Positions 1-12,204 of a stretch of DNA of 64,000 nucleotides are shown piece by piece (within the stretch, counting starts at the first letter, position 1; each line of letters starts with the position of its first letter). Position numbers and translations under genes: made by a program. Location: positions 2,850 through 66,849 of the forward strand of contig JAJZAK010000009.1 of NCBI GenBank assembly GCA_021799485.1, read 5' to 3'. Source of the stretch: a bacterium. GTDB lineage: Bacteria; Elusimicrobiota; Elusimicrobia; UBA1565; UBA9628. The notes beneath the pieces were generated by a model. That model searched no databases, was not told the DNA's origin, and saw only the letters and a program-made list of their open reading frames with translations.

Positions 1-266
1 AGGGCGGGTTTGGCGCGGCTGTTCTGGCGATGATGGAGGGCCGTAATCAGCGCGGCGACGGCTACGGTCATGGCGAGAAAGAAGATAAGTTGAAAGCCCG
101 GCCCGTAGGATTCCTCCTGGCGTGCGGCGCCCTCGGGGCGCGCTTCCTTGAGCGCCGCATCGAACTCCTCGGCGGAGACGGCGTCTCCCAGCTCCTGGCG
201 CAGGGTCTCGGGCGCGGCTCCTTTGATGCGTCCTTGGAGATAGACCACCAGCTCCTCATGAGTCAT
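1..266 (-). CDS. Partial CDS (N-terminal part, runs off window start): small cytoplasmic domain followed by one TM helix; anti-sigma-factor-like or membrane protein
   Basis: Minus-strand frame from ATG (rc of 264-266) reads MTHEELVVYLQGRIKGAAPETLRQELGDAVSAEEFDAALKEARPEGAARQEESYGPGFQLIFFLAMTVAVAALITALHH... with high GC3 and no stop before position 1; absent from the ORF track because it has no in-window stop. Confidence 0.35.
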   Translation of the reverse strand, partial: MTHEELVVYLQGRIKGAAPETLRQELGDAVSAEEFDAALKEARPEGAARQEESYGPGFQLIFFLAMTVAVAALITALHHRQNSRAKPA

Positions 267-326
267 GGGTTATTATAAATAAGAATGATTGACCCGTCCG
301 GGCGGCGTAAGATATACTTCCTCTCG

Positions 327-1067
327 ATGAAAAACATCCTATTCGCCGCTGCCATGGCGTGCGCCGCGTCGGGGACCTCGTGGGCGGGCACGTTTAGCGG
401 CATTTTCGGCGGTTTCGTCAACAACGCGGCTCAAAACACGATCCGTCCGTTCGCGCTGGATTTGGGGGGCTTGCTCGGGGCCGACGACCAGTGGGACGGC
501 CGTACCTTGGGCTTTCCCGGTTTTGATGTGGGGGCGATCGAAAGCTTCCAGGACACGCCGAACTCGAACGACACCATCCTGCGCGCAGCCTTCGGCAACC
601 ATTCCTTCATGGGCATCCCCATGGTCCAGGCGGCGGTGGGCCTTCCTTTTAGGTTCGACGCCGTCGCGCATGGCGTGTCCTACGACGGGATGACGGTATT
701 GGGCGGCGGCCTGCGGTACGGAATCTTGCGTTCCGGGATGATCGCGAAGTTCATCCCGAACCTGGGCGTCTCGGTCTTCGGCGACCAGGCGAGCTACGGC
801 GCGTTCGACGCCACCCACTACGCCTTCAACGCCGACGCCTCCTTCGATCTTCCGATCATCGAGCCTTTCATCGGCGCTGGCCTCGACCGGACGAGCGTCA
901 CCGTGAATTCGGTGCCGGGAGTCAATGGAGATTACGGGCCCGTCGAAGGGACCCGCTATACGGCGGGGCTTGAGCTCACGCCCTTCCCGTTCACGAGAAT
1001 CGACGTGGCTTATCTCTCCCTCCACGGCATCCCCGGCGCCACCGCCAAGCTCGGGTTTAAGTTTTAG
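327..1067 (+). CDS. Outer-membrane beta-barrel protein (signal peptide MKNILFAAAMACAASGTSWA; C-terminal ...KLGFKF aromatic terminus)
   Basis: ORF 285..1067 trimmed to internal Met that begins a canonical signal peptide; Gly/aromatic-rich alternating pattern and terminal Phe typical of OM beta-barrels. Confidence 0.55.
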   Translation: MKNILFAAAMACAASGTSWAGTFSGIFGGFVNNAAQNTIRPFALDLGGLLGADDQWDGRTLGFPGFDVGAIESFQDTPNSNDTILRAAFGNHSFMGIPMVQAAVGLPFRFDAVAHGVSYDGMTVLGGGLRYGILRSGMIAKFIPNLGVSVFGDQASYGAFDATHYAFNADASFDLPIIEPFIGAGLDRTSVTVNSVPGVNGDYGPVEGTRYTAGLELTPFPFTRIDVAYLSLHGIPGATAKLGFKF

Positions 1068-2400
1068 ACCTGTCGAGCAGTCCCACGAGCTCGACGTGCG
1101 AGGTCTGGGGAAAAAGATCGACGGGCTGGACCTTTGAAAGCTTGAAGCCGAAGCGGCCGGTTTCCTTGGCGTCGCGGGCAAAGGTCGCCGGATCGCAGGA
1201 GACATAGACGAGCCGGCGGATCGCCTGGTGCCTGAGAAGGTTGCGGGCCGCCGGGGAGAGCCCCGATCGGGGAGGGTCGGCGACGGCGGCGACGCGCCCC
1301 TCCAGCCGCTTTGAGAGGCGCGAGACGGCCGCCTCGGTCTTCATCGCCAGAAAGTCGACGTTCGTGACGCCGTTGCGCCGCGCGTTTTTCCACGCATCCT
1401 CGACGGCCGCGTTGTTCTCCTCGACGCCGATGACGGTTCGCACGGCCCTGCTGATCCAAAAAGCCAGCGGGCCGACGCCGCAGTAGAGGTCGAGGGCCAG
1501 ATCGAAGCGCGCCCCGCCATCGCGAAGAAAATCGAGGGCCGTGTCGTAGAGAAGCTCCGCGGCGCCGGAATTCACTTGAAAAAACGAGGCGGGCGAGAGG
1601 AGAAAGGAGAAGGCGCCGAGCTTGGTCTCCAGGGCGTCCGCGCCCCAGAGCTTGCGCCAATGGGGGCCCAGAATAACCGAGCTCTCCTCGGGTTGGGCGT
1701 TGTGGTGGAGGCCGACGATCTCGGGGAAAGCCTTTCGAAGCTCGTCGGATAAAACCATCCCGGAGGGAGGAATCATCCGTGTTTTCGTGACGATCGCCGC
1801 GAGGGCGCGATTCCGGCCGTTGAGACGGATGAGGAGATGCCGGAGCCAGGGGTTGGCGTCTCGCCGGAGGATATCCTTGGCCTTGAGGATGATTCTCACG
1901 GAGAGTTCGGGTTGGACGGCGCACTCCGTCAGATCGACGATGCGGTGGGAGCCCGGAGCGTAGAAGCCGGCGACCGCTCCCGCGCCGAAGGGCACCTGGA
2001 CCTTATTGCGATAGCCCCATTGGCGCGGCGAGGCGATCGTCGGGAGGACGGGGACGTCGTTGAGGCCGGCGAGCCTCTTTAAGCAGTCGACGACGATGTC
2101 GCGCTTGAGACGGAGCTGGGCTTCGTAACCGAGCTGCTGCCAGTCGCAGCCGCCGCAGAAGGCCCGCGCGGATTTCCCGGGCGCGAAATGGAACGGGCAG
2201 CGCGGCTCGATCCTGTCCGGGCCGGGGGCGAGGACCTGGACGATCCGGCCTCGAGCGTAGCTCGATCGTTTTTCGTCGAGCGAAATTTCGAGCACGTCTC
2301 CAGGAACGGCATAGGGCACGAAAACAACGAGGTTCGAAGGCCCCAGCCGCGCGACCCCGGCTCCCTCGGGCGCGATGCGGTCGATCTTGACCTTCGTCAT
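1057..2400 (-). CDS. rlmD: 23S rRNA (uracil-5-)-methyltransferase RlmD/RumA (TRAM domain + Fe-S Cys cluster + SAM MTase)
   Basis: N-terminal TRAM-like segment, CPFHFAPG...CGGCDWQ cysteine cluster, class-I MTase motifs (DLYCGVGPLA, VYVSCDPATFARD). Confidence 0.85.
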   Translation of the reverse strand: MTKVKIDRIAPEGAGVARLGPSNLVVFVPYAVPGDVLEISLDEKRSSYARGRIVQVLAPGPDRIEPRCPFHFAPGKSARAFCGGCDWQQLGYEAQLRLKRDIVVDCLKRLAGLNDVPVLPTIASPRQWGYRNKVQVPFGAGAVAGFYAPGSHRIVDLTECAVQPELSVRIILKAKDILRRDANPWLRHLLIRLNGRNRALAAIVTKTRMIPPSGMVLSDELRKAFPEIVGLHHNAQPEESSVILGPHWRKLWGADALETKLGAFSFLLSPASFFQVNSGAAELLYDTALDFLRDGGARFDLALDLYCGVGPLAFWISRAVRTVIGVEENNAAVEDAWKNARRNGVTNVDFLAMKTEAAVSRLSKRLEGRVAAVADPPRSGLSPAARNLLRHQAIRRLVYVSCDPATFARDAKETGRFGFKLSKVQPVDLFPQTSHVELVGLLDRSKT

Positions 2401-2463
2401 GGCAAAAGAAGGCGACGGAAGGCTATGGAGGGCGATGGAACGAAAAAGCCTTCCGCGGCTTTG

Positions 2464-3609
2464 TCAATCCTCGTCCTTCGCCCCGCGGCGCGGCGGCGAG
2501 CCCGCGGCGACCCAGGAAAGATACTCCTCGATGAAGCCGTCGAGATCCCCGTCCATGACGGCGTCCACCTGCGAAGTCGAATGGCCCGTGCGCAGGTCCT
2601 TGATGAGCTGGTAGGGCATGAAGACGTAGGAGCGGATCTGGCTTCCCCAGCCGATCTCTCCCATGCTGTCGTAGCGGCGCTCCTGAGCGGCCCGCTTCTT
2701 GTCGAGCTCGATCTGATAGAGCTTGGCCTTGAGCATCCTCATGGCGTTGATGCGGTTCTGCATCTGCGAGCGTTCCGTCTGGCAGGCGACGACGAGTCCC
2801 GTCGGTATATGGATGAGCCGGACCGCGGTCTCGACCTTGTTGACGTTTTGTCCGCCGTGGCCGCCCGCGCGAAAGGTCTCGAGCTTGACGTCCGAGTCCG
2901 CGACCTTGATTTCGATATCGTCCTCGATGTCGGCTAGGACGTCGAGGGAGGCGAAGGAGGTGTGACGCCTTTTGTTGGAGTCGAAGGGAGAGATGCGCAC
3001 GAGCCGATGCACGCCGATTTCTCCCTTCAAAAGACCGTAGGCGTTCGGGCCGCGCACGAAGGCGGCGGCGCTTTTCACGCCCGCCTCCTCTCCCTTTAAA
3101 ATGTCGGTGAGGGCGAACTCGAAGCCGCGGCGCTGCGCCCAGCGCGAATACATGCGCAGCAACATCTCGTTCCAGTCGCAGGCCTCGGTGCCGCCGGCTC
3201 CCGCGTGGAAGCTCAGGATCGCATCCGAGCGATCCAGCTCCCCCGAGAGCTTGAGCGTCGTGTCCATGGAGCGCAGGATTCCTTGTGCTTGGGCGAGCTC
3301 CTTGTCGACGATTTTGAGCTCGGAGGCGTCGTCCGCTTCCCGCGCGAGTTCGAGATGAGTCTTTAAATCCTCAAGGCTTTTCCCAGCGCCCTCCCATTGG
3401 GAGAGCGTCTTTTTGAGCCGGTCGAGCTCGGTCGACTTCTTGCGGGCCGACTCGGGGTCGGCCCAGAAACCCGACGCGGCCGACGCAGCCTCCAAAGCCA
3501 GGATGTCGTCCTTGAGCTTTGAGATGTTAAGGAGCTTGCCCAGCCGCGAGTGAAGATCCAAGGCGGCCGCAAGCGCTTGGGCCGTATCCTGGGCTGTTTG
3601 AGGAAGCAT
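2464..3609 (-). CDS. prfB: Peptide chain release factor 2
   Basis: GGQ motif ([26 protein letters not shown]), SPF tripeptide ([20 protein letters not shown]); single uninterrupted ORF. Confidence 0.92.
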   Translation of the reverse strand: MLPQTAQDTAQALAAALDLHSRLGKLLNISKLKDDILALEAASAASGFWADPESARKKSTELDRLKKTLSQWEGAGKSLEDLKTHLELAREADDASELKIVDKELAQAQGILRSMDTTLKLSGELDRSDAILSFHAGAGGTEACDWNEMLLRMYSRWAQRRGFEFALTDILKGEEAGVKSAAAFVRGPNAYGLLKGEIGVHRLVRISPFDSNKRRHTSFASLDVLADIEDDIEIKVADSDVKLETFRAGGHGGQNVNKVETAVRLIHIPTGLVVACQTERSQMQNRINAMRMLKAKLYQIELDKKRAAQERRYDSMGEIGWGSQIRSYVFMPYQLIKDLRTGHSTSQVDAVMDGDLDGFIEEYLSWVAAGSPPRRGAKDED

Positions 3610-3610
3610 G

Positions 3611-5178
3611 TTAAGCGCGGCTCCTCAGAAAATTCCTGATGCCGAGCGCCGCCGCCGCGAGGAGGCAAAGCCGGGCGAGCCAATCGCCGTGGCGCGCGTA
3701 AAAGGAGCGCGCGGGAAAGGGATCGGTTTCGGGGATCGCGGCCGAGATGTCCCCGCGCCGACCGAGCCCCAATCGGGCGATGGGAAGGCCCCACGGGTCG
3801 ATCGCGGCGGAAATGCCGGTATTGGCCGAACGAAGGACATAGATCCGGTTCTCGACCGCGCGATAGACGTTCGTCCCGAAGTGCTGGTAGGGGCCCCAGG
3901 TATCCTTATACCAGCCGTCGTTGGTCAGGTTGGCGATGATCCGGGCGCCGCGGGCGGCGTCGAAGCGGGCCAGCTCGGGAAAGGCGGCCTCGTAGCAGAT
4001 GGTGACGGCGACGAGGCCGGCGGCCGTCTTGAGAAGGGGCTGGTCCCTGTCGCCCGGCGTCAGGTCGCCGAAGGTGTTGAGAATGCCGATGAAGCGCTTC
4101 AAGAACTTGAGCGGCACGAATTCCCCGAAGGGCACGAGCCTCCTCTTATGGTAGCGGCCGACGACGCTTCCCGTGGGGGAGACGAGAAGGGCGGCGTTGT
4201 AGAACTCGGCGCCGTCCTCGTCTTGCAGGTAGGAGACGGCGCCGACGAGCTGATCCGCCTTGGGGCGGTCGCCGCGCCCCGTGTGGGGGAGATCCAGGTG
4301 TCCGATGGTTTCATCCACGGCGAAGGGGATGGACGATTCCGGCCAAAGGACGAGGGAGGGCTTAAGAGCGAAGGCTTGGGAGACGAGAGAGGAGAGGATG
4401 CGGGCATTCTCCGTCCGGTAGGCGCCGTCCCATTTGTGGTACTGATCGATATCGGGCTGGAGAATGACGGCCGTCGCCGTCGGGGAGGGGGCGGGCTCCA
4501 GGAAACGGCTGCGATGCGCGAGCTGGGATTTTCCCCAGCAGGCTCCAAGCGCCAAGAAAATCGCCGCGGGGCCGAGTGCCGCGGCGATGGGCGTCCCCCA
4601 TCGCGACCCTCCCCGCCTCGGCCCCTGGTTCCACAGGATTCCAAGCCCCGCGTTGACGGCCAGGATGATCGCTCCCAGGCCGTAGGGCCCTAGGACGGAA
4701 TCCATTTGAAAGAGCGCCGGGTGGCGCCATTGACTGTAGGCGAGAAAATCCGCGGCGAGCCGCGGGGTCAGCCGGTTCCATAGGAAGCTTATCGCCGTCC
4801 AGGCGGCGGCCCAAGACCACGGCTTGATCCACAAGGGAAGTCCCCGGAGGGCCCAGGAGCCGAAGAGGCCGATCGTGGCCCAACTAAGCGCCAGGAAGGC
4901 CGCGAGGGCGAAGAGCGCGACGAGGCCGACGAAGCGGGAGAGATGGGCGAAACGGCAGGTCCAGTAAATCCAATTGAGCGCCGTCGCGTGGTAAGCGATT
5001 CCGGCTAGGAAGCCGAGAGCGGCTCCCCGTCGCGCGGAGGCTTCGTCAAGCGCCGAGAAAAGCGGCGCCAAGGCGAACCAGCCGAGAAAGTTGAGGCCCG
5101 GCTTGGGAAGGCAGAGGGCGAGCGCGGTCCCCGAAAGGAGCGCCGCGGCGGCTTGCCCGCCGGATGGGCGAACCGCGG

Positions 5179-5194
<16 letters not shown>
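3611..5194 (-). CDS. lnt: Apolipoprotein N-acyltransferase
   Basis: Multi-TM N-terminus followed by CN-hydrolase domain (LWPESSIPF..., [14 protein letters not shown]); length 527 aa typical of Lnt. Confidence 0.88.
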
Positions 5195-7911
<2,717 letters not shown>

Positions 7912-7929
7912 GAAAAGGCGGCGAGGCCG

Positions 7930-9141
7930 ATGTTCAAATTATATAAACTATGGACGTTGGCTATTCGCGAAGACGCATTCTTAGAGGGCGGCCGCGTGAC
8001 GGCCGCCGCCGTCCTGCCCCCGATCTTCATCACGACGCACGAGGAACTCAGGGAGGCCGTGGAGGATTTTCGTTCGTCCCCGCGGCTGGCGATCGACACC
8101 GAGTCGAACGGTTTCTACGCCTGGCGAGAGCGGGTCTGCCTGGTCCAAATTTCCACCACGGAGCGCGATTACATCGTGGATCCGCTCGCCGTGAAGGATC
8201 TGTCGCCTCTGCGAGGGGTCATGGCCGAGCCGTCGATCGAAAAGGTCTTCCACGCGGGCGAGTACGACGTCATGTGCCTGAAGCGCGACTACGGTTTCGA
8301 GTTCGTCAACCTTTTCGACACGATGATCGCGGGAAGGCTCCTGGGCTTCAAGGAGCTGGGCCTCGCCAAGCTCATCGAGGCGCACTTCTCGGTCAAGCTC
8401 TCGAAGAAATTCCAGAAGGCGGACTGGGGTCTCCGTCCCCTATCGGCCGAGCAGGTCCGATACGCCCAAATGGACACGCACTATCTTCTCCGGCTCTCCG
8501 AAAGCCTGGAGGCGAAGCTCGCGCGGGCGGGGCGCCTCGAGGAGGCCCGGGAGGCCTTCCGGGATCTGTCCGAGACGGGCCCCCAGTCGCGCGGCTTCGA
8601 CCCGGAGGGCTGGTGGGACATCCGCGGCCGTTCCGCGGCCCCCGACGCGGCCCTTCCCATCCTGCGGGCTCTCTATCTTTTTCGGGAGCGGGAGGCCGAG
8701 CGGCGCGACCGGGCGAGCTTCCGGATCATGCCGGATCATCTTCTGCTTAGAATCGCGGTCGCCGCGCCGCGCACGAAAGAGGATCTCGCGAAAGTTCCTG
8801 GCTTCTCGGAATACCTGCGGCAGCGTTATTCGGGAACTATCCTCGATATCGTCCATAACGCCAGGCATGCGCCGGCTCCTGCCAGGCCCCAACGAGAGCC
8901 CGCGGAGCGCATGAGCGGAAGGGAGCGCAAGCTTCTGGGAGACCTTAAGCTTTGGCGCAAAACCCGCGCCGAGGCGGAGGGCCTTGATCCGGCCGCCGTC
9001 CTTTCCGGGTCCGTCTTGCGGGAGATGGCCTCCCGCGCCGCGAGAGGGGAGTCCGACTGCCTTTCCGCCCTGAGCCCCGCCAAGCGCCGCCGCTACGGCG
9101 CCGAGCTGGAGCGCCTTCTCAAGAGCGCTTCGTCTCGTTAA
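7930..9141 (+). CDS. rnd: Ribonuclease D (DEDDy 3'-5' exonuclease + HRDC domains)
   Basis: LAIDTESNGFY, HAGEYDVMCL, YAQMDTHYLL exonuclease motifs; ORF 7813 trimmed to first Met not overlapping secA start. Confidence 0.8.
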   Translation: MFKLYKLWTLAIREDAFLEGGRVTAAAVLPPIFITTHEELREAVEDFRSSPRLAIDTESNGFYAWRERVCLVQISTTERDYIVDPLAVKDLSPLRGVMAEPSIEKVFHAGEYDVMCLKRDYGFEFVNLFDTMIAGRLLGFKELGLAKLIEAHFSVKLSKKFQKADWGLRPLSAEQVRYAQMDTHYLLRLSESLEAKLARAGRLEEAREAFRDLSETGPQSRGFDPEGWWDIRGRSAAPDAALPILRALYLFREREAERRDRASFRIMPDHLLLRIAVAAPRTKEDLAKVPGFSEYLRQRYSGTILDIVHNARHAPAPARPQREPAERMSGRERKLLGDLKLWRKTRAEAEGLDPAAVLSGSVLREMASRAARGESDCLSALSPAKRRRYGAELERLLKSASSR

Positions 9142-9284
9142 ACACGACTCTTTGGGCCTCCTCCAGGGTCGTCAGGCCCCGGGCGGCTTTTTCGAAAGCG
9201 TCCGGAAAGACCGGCACCCTGCCTGATGCTATGAAAATGCTGCGCCCATGGTAAGTCCAATTTGTTTGAAAGGCCGACCCCGGC

Positions 9285-10226
9285 CTAATCCGTCAGCTTG
9301 AAGACGAAGGGCTGGGCGATCTTGACCGGGACGGGGCCGGTTGCGTTTTCGGCGGGAGCGAAGCGCATGAGCCGCGCCACTTTTTCGGCCGCGGCGTCGA
9401 AATAGGGGCCCGCCGTCTTCGCGATGTCGATGTCGTGGATGAGCCCGTCGTCTCCGATGTGGAGGTAGAGGTTCACGGTCCCTTCCTTGCCTTCCCGGCG
9501 CTCGTTTTCCGGATAATAGCGCCGCAGGGCGGCTAGAATTTCATTGGCGTTGAGAAGGCGGGGCGGGATGATGATGGGGCCTCCGCCGCCGCCGGGAAGG
9601 CCGGAGCCTTTTCCGAAGGGCATTCCCAGTCCCGGGGCGTTGGAGCTCTTCGCCGATCCCGAGACGGGGCTCGCGACGCCCGCCGCCGGAGCGCCGGAAA
9701 TGAGGCTTTTCGCCGCGGCGGGCATGGCGGCTTGGTTGGCCGACGATTTCGGGGGCCGCGGCGTTGGCGTCGCAATGCGGGCCGGCGACGTTGGAGCCGG
9801 GAGCGTATGGACGGGAAGAGGCGCGGCAGGGACCGATGGCGCCGGAACGCGGGGGACGGATCGCGGCACGGGCGCCGCTGCTTTCGCCGGAGCCGCCTTG
9901 GGCGCGGGAACGGGCGCTTTGGCCGCCGGCGCCGCGGGAGCGGGCTTGGGCGCCTCGGGAACGCCCAGCGGGATGTTGGGTTTTTGGCCGAGTCCCTGCA
10001 TGCCGCCGATGCCGGGCCCGGGGATCGAGGGGATGGTCAGATCGACCTCCACCGGCGGAGGCGCCGCGGGCTGGGGCCACGGCATGAAAAGCAGCGCGGC
10101 ATGCAGGACGACGGAGCCCGCAAGACAGGAAAGAAAAAGCTGCTCGCGGCGGCTGACGCCGCGCCCGTCAAGAAAGCCCGATGCAGTCACCGTCCTGTCT
10201 TCTTCTTTAAGGAGACGAGACCTCAA
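9285..10226 (-). CDS. tonB: TonB family energy transducer (N-terminal TM anchor, Pro/Ala-rich spacer, C-terminal TonB domain)
   Basis: TM helix LFLSCLAGSVVLHAALLF, long PAPAAPAAKAPVPAPKAAP spacer, C-terminal TonB-like fold; downstream of exbB/exbD. Confidence 0.75.
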   Translation of the reverse strand: MRSRLLKEEDRTVTASGFLDGRGVSRREQLFLSCLAGSVVLHAALLFMPWPQPAAPPPVEVDLTIPSIPGPGIGGMQGLGQKPNIPLGVPEAPKPAPAAPAAKAPVPAPKAAPAKAAAPVPRSVPRVPAPSVPAAPLPVHTLPAPTSPARIATPTPRPPKSSANQAAMPAAAKSLISGAPAAGVASPVSGSAKSSNAPGLGMPFGKGSGLPGGGGGPIIIPPRLLNANEILAALRRYYPENERREGKEGTVNLYLHIGDDGLIHDIDIAKTAGPYFDAAAEKVARLMRFAPAENATGPVPVKIAQPFVFKLTD

Positions 10227-10608
10227 GCCCGACGCGGCTGAGCCCTGCTCCGCGGATCGCGTCGAGAACCCGGATCACGTCGCCGTAGCGCGCGCCCTTG
10301 TCCGCGGAAAGAGACACGCGCTGCCCCGGGGCGTTTTTGGCCTGAATCGAAAGAAAGCTTGAGAGCGCCGCCGGCCCGATTCTCCGGCCATGATAGAGGA
10401 CGTCTCCCGCGGCGTCCACGACGAGGTTGATCGCCTGGGGCGCCTCGCGGCTTGAGTGGGCCGCTTGGGGCAAAGCGACCTTGATCGCCCGGCGATGGAT
10501 GAGGGGAGCCGTGGTCATGAAGATGATGAGGACGACCAGCAGAATGTCGACCAATGGCGTGACGTTAATCCCCGTGATGGAGGCTTCGTTGCCGGGGACG
10601 GCGGCCAT
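10207..10608 (-). CDS. exbD: Biopolymer transport protein ExbD/TolR
   Basis: INVTPLVDILLVVLIIFM single TM + periplasmic ExbD fold; 133 aa. Confidence 0.85.
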   Translation of the reverse strand: MAAVPGNEASITGINVTPLVDILLVVLIIFMTTAPLIHRRAIKVALPQAAHSSREAPQAINLVVDAAGDVLYHGRRIGPAALSSFLSIQAKNAPGQRVSLSADKGARYGDVIRVLDAIRGAGLSRVGLEVSSP

Positions 10609-10614
10609 TGCAAT

Positions 10615-10692
10615 GGTGTCAGACTTTAACTTTTTGACTTTTCGAAATGATCATGACATCCGCAAAAAGTCAAAAAGTTAAAGTCTGACACC
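10615..10692. repeat. Perfect 28-bp inverted repeat (arms 10615-10642 and 10665-10692) with 22-nt loop; AT-rich; arm2 contains the exbB stop codon, arm1 ends 6 nt before exbD ATG
   Basis: ggtgtcagactttaactttttgactttt ... aaaagtcaaaaagttaaagtctgacacc read directly from sequence; exact reverse complement. Confidence 0.95.
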
Positions 10693-11283
10693 TCTTAGGG
10701 CCGAGCGGCAAAGGACGTCGGTTTCGGAGAGCAGGTCCCGCGTCTTTTTCTGGAAGAAGTTGAACGCGATGACGCAGGGAATGGCGACGAAGAGCCCCGT
10801 CGCGGTCGCGACCAGGGCTTGCGAGAGTCCCGACATGACCACCTCGGGCCCCGCCGAGGTGATCGCGAGGTCGTGGAAGGCCTTGATGACGCCCAGGACG
10901 GTGCCCAGGAGGCCGATGAAGGGGGCGTTGTTGCCGAGAGTCCCCAGAATCAGCAGGCGCTTTTCAAGGCCCGGCCGCTCGCGATTCGCGGCCTCGTTGA
11001 GGATCTCATCAATCTCTCCGCGGGCGCGTCCCGCCGAGAACGCGGCCCGAGCGACGCGCAGGGCCGCCCCGTCGCCGGCTTGGGCCGCCTTATCGATCGT
11101 TTTCAAGTCCGCGGAGCCCGATTCCAGCGCGGCGGCGAGCCTGTCGAGAATCTTATTTTCGCGATAGAGGACGATTCCTCGCTCGACGATGACCGCGACG
11201 GCCAGGATGGAGCACGCGAGCAATAAATAGATGACCCAATCGCCTCCGGAAAACGCCATGGCCGAGACCAGGGGGACATTCAT
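10678..11283 (-). CDS. exbB: MotA/TolQ/ExbB proton-channel protein
   Basis: Three TM segments, conserved LGTLGNNAPFIGLLGTVLGVIKAF and SQALVATATGLFVAIP motifs. Confidence 0.87.
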   Translation of the reverse strand: MNVPLVSAMAFSGGDWVIYLLLACSILAVAVIVERGIVLYRENKILDRLAAALESGSADLKTIDKAAQAGDGAALRVARAAFSAGRARGEIDEILNEAANRERPGLEKRLLILGTLGNNAPFIGLLGTVLGVIKAFHDLAITSAGPEVVMSGLSQALVATATGLFVAIPCVIAFNFFQKKTRDLLSETDVLCRSALRGVRL

Positions 11284-11295
11284 GGCGGGCTTCTT

Positions 11296-12204
11296 TTATT
11301 GGGTATTTCTTAGGCGTATCAGCGCCGAGCACAGCTCGGCGAGGACCACGGGATGGGTTTCCGTCTGAAGCTGGAGGAAAAGGAGTTGGTAGGTGTTTTG
11401 GTCCCCGATGAGCCCCAGGTAATGAGTCGCCATCGCTCGGACCAGCCAATCCGAGTTCTGATAATAGCTCAGAAGGATGGTCTTCCCGGTGGCGGCGTCT
11501 CCGAATTTCGCCAGGGCGTTCGCCGCGTAAATCTGGAGGATGGTCTCGGGATCCGATTGGGCGGCGGTGAAGACGGCTTGGTGAGCCGCGTCTCCGCCCA
11601 GCAGGGTCAGGGCTTCGATCGCCGCGAATCGCGCCGTCAAATTCGAGCTCGGGTTGAGCGCCTGCTGAAAAACCCCCAGGAATTGGGGGTCTTTCGTATA
11701 GGCCAGGGCGACGATGGCGGACGCTTGGATCTGCGGGTTCGTCGCCGATTGGGCGGTGTTTTGAAGGGCCGCCTGAAGGTCCAGGCGCTTGGCTCCGGCG
11801 AGGCCCTCCGTCAATAGGAAGCCCAGTTGGGTGTAGCGGGTCTGCAAGTTGTATCCATCGATCGTCGTCAGGGACGCAAGGTCCTGGAGAGAGGGATCGA
11901 GGGCATTGGCGCCGGTCGGGCGCTCGGAGGCGTGGTTCTGAAGCAGTTCGAGAAGGTCGGCGTCGATATTGGGGTTGAGGACGGCCTGGGGCGGTATCTT
12001 GAGGCGGGGAGCCGTGATGACGAGGGGGGCGAGCTCGTAGACGGGCTGAGGCGCGGCGGCGCCCTGCGCCGCCGCGCGCAGCGGAAGGCCGCAGAAGGCT
12101 ACGGAAAGCCATGGAAGGAGAAGGAAGGATGATGGCGACCAGCCCCTTGCGTCCTCCGTTGCCGTGCTTGGCCTTCTTTCGCCGTCCGTGACGTTCTTGA
12201 TCAT
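11296..12204 (-). CDS. Secreted HEAT-repeat (PBS-lyase-like) protein
   Basis: Signal peptide then repeated ~30-aa units (ASAIVALAYTKDP..., ARFAAIEALTLLGGD..., QIYAANALAKFGD..., VRAMATHYLGLIGD...) typical of HEAT/PBS-lyase repeats; paralog of the upstream gene. Confidence 0.6.
   Translation of the reverse strand: MIKNVTDGERRPSTATEDARGWSPSSFLLLPWLSVAFCGLPLRAAAQGAAAPQPVYELAPLVITAPRLKIPPQAVLNPNIDADLLELLQNHASERPTGANALDPSLQDLASLTTIDGYNLQTRYTQLGFLLTEGLAGAKRLDLQAALQNTAQSATNPQIQASAIVALAYTKDPQFLGVFQQALNPSSNLTARFAAIEALTLLGGDAAHQAVFTAAQSDPETILQIYAANALAKFGDAATGKTILLSYYQNSDWLVRAMATHYLGLIGDQNTYQLLFLQLQTETHPVVLAELCSALIRLRNTQ

Noticed and set aside
339-1205. 288-aa minus-strand ORF antisense to the OMP gene (plus 1064..1924 - antisense to rlmD)
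   Set aside because: Arg/Pro/Gly-rich low-complexity translation typical of antisense frames in high-GC DNA; overlaps well-supported genes.
9142-9284. Possible intrinsic terminators between convergent rnd and tonB
   Set aside because: Only weak GC hairpins (gccccgggcggc + T5, ggccgaccccggcc) without convincing stem/U-run geometry; too uncertain to annotate.
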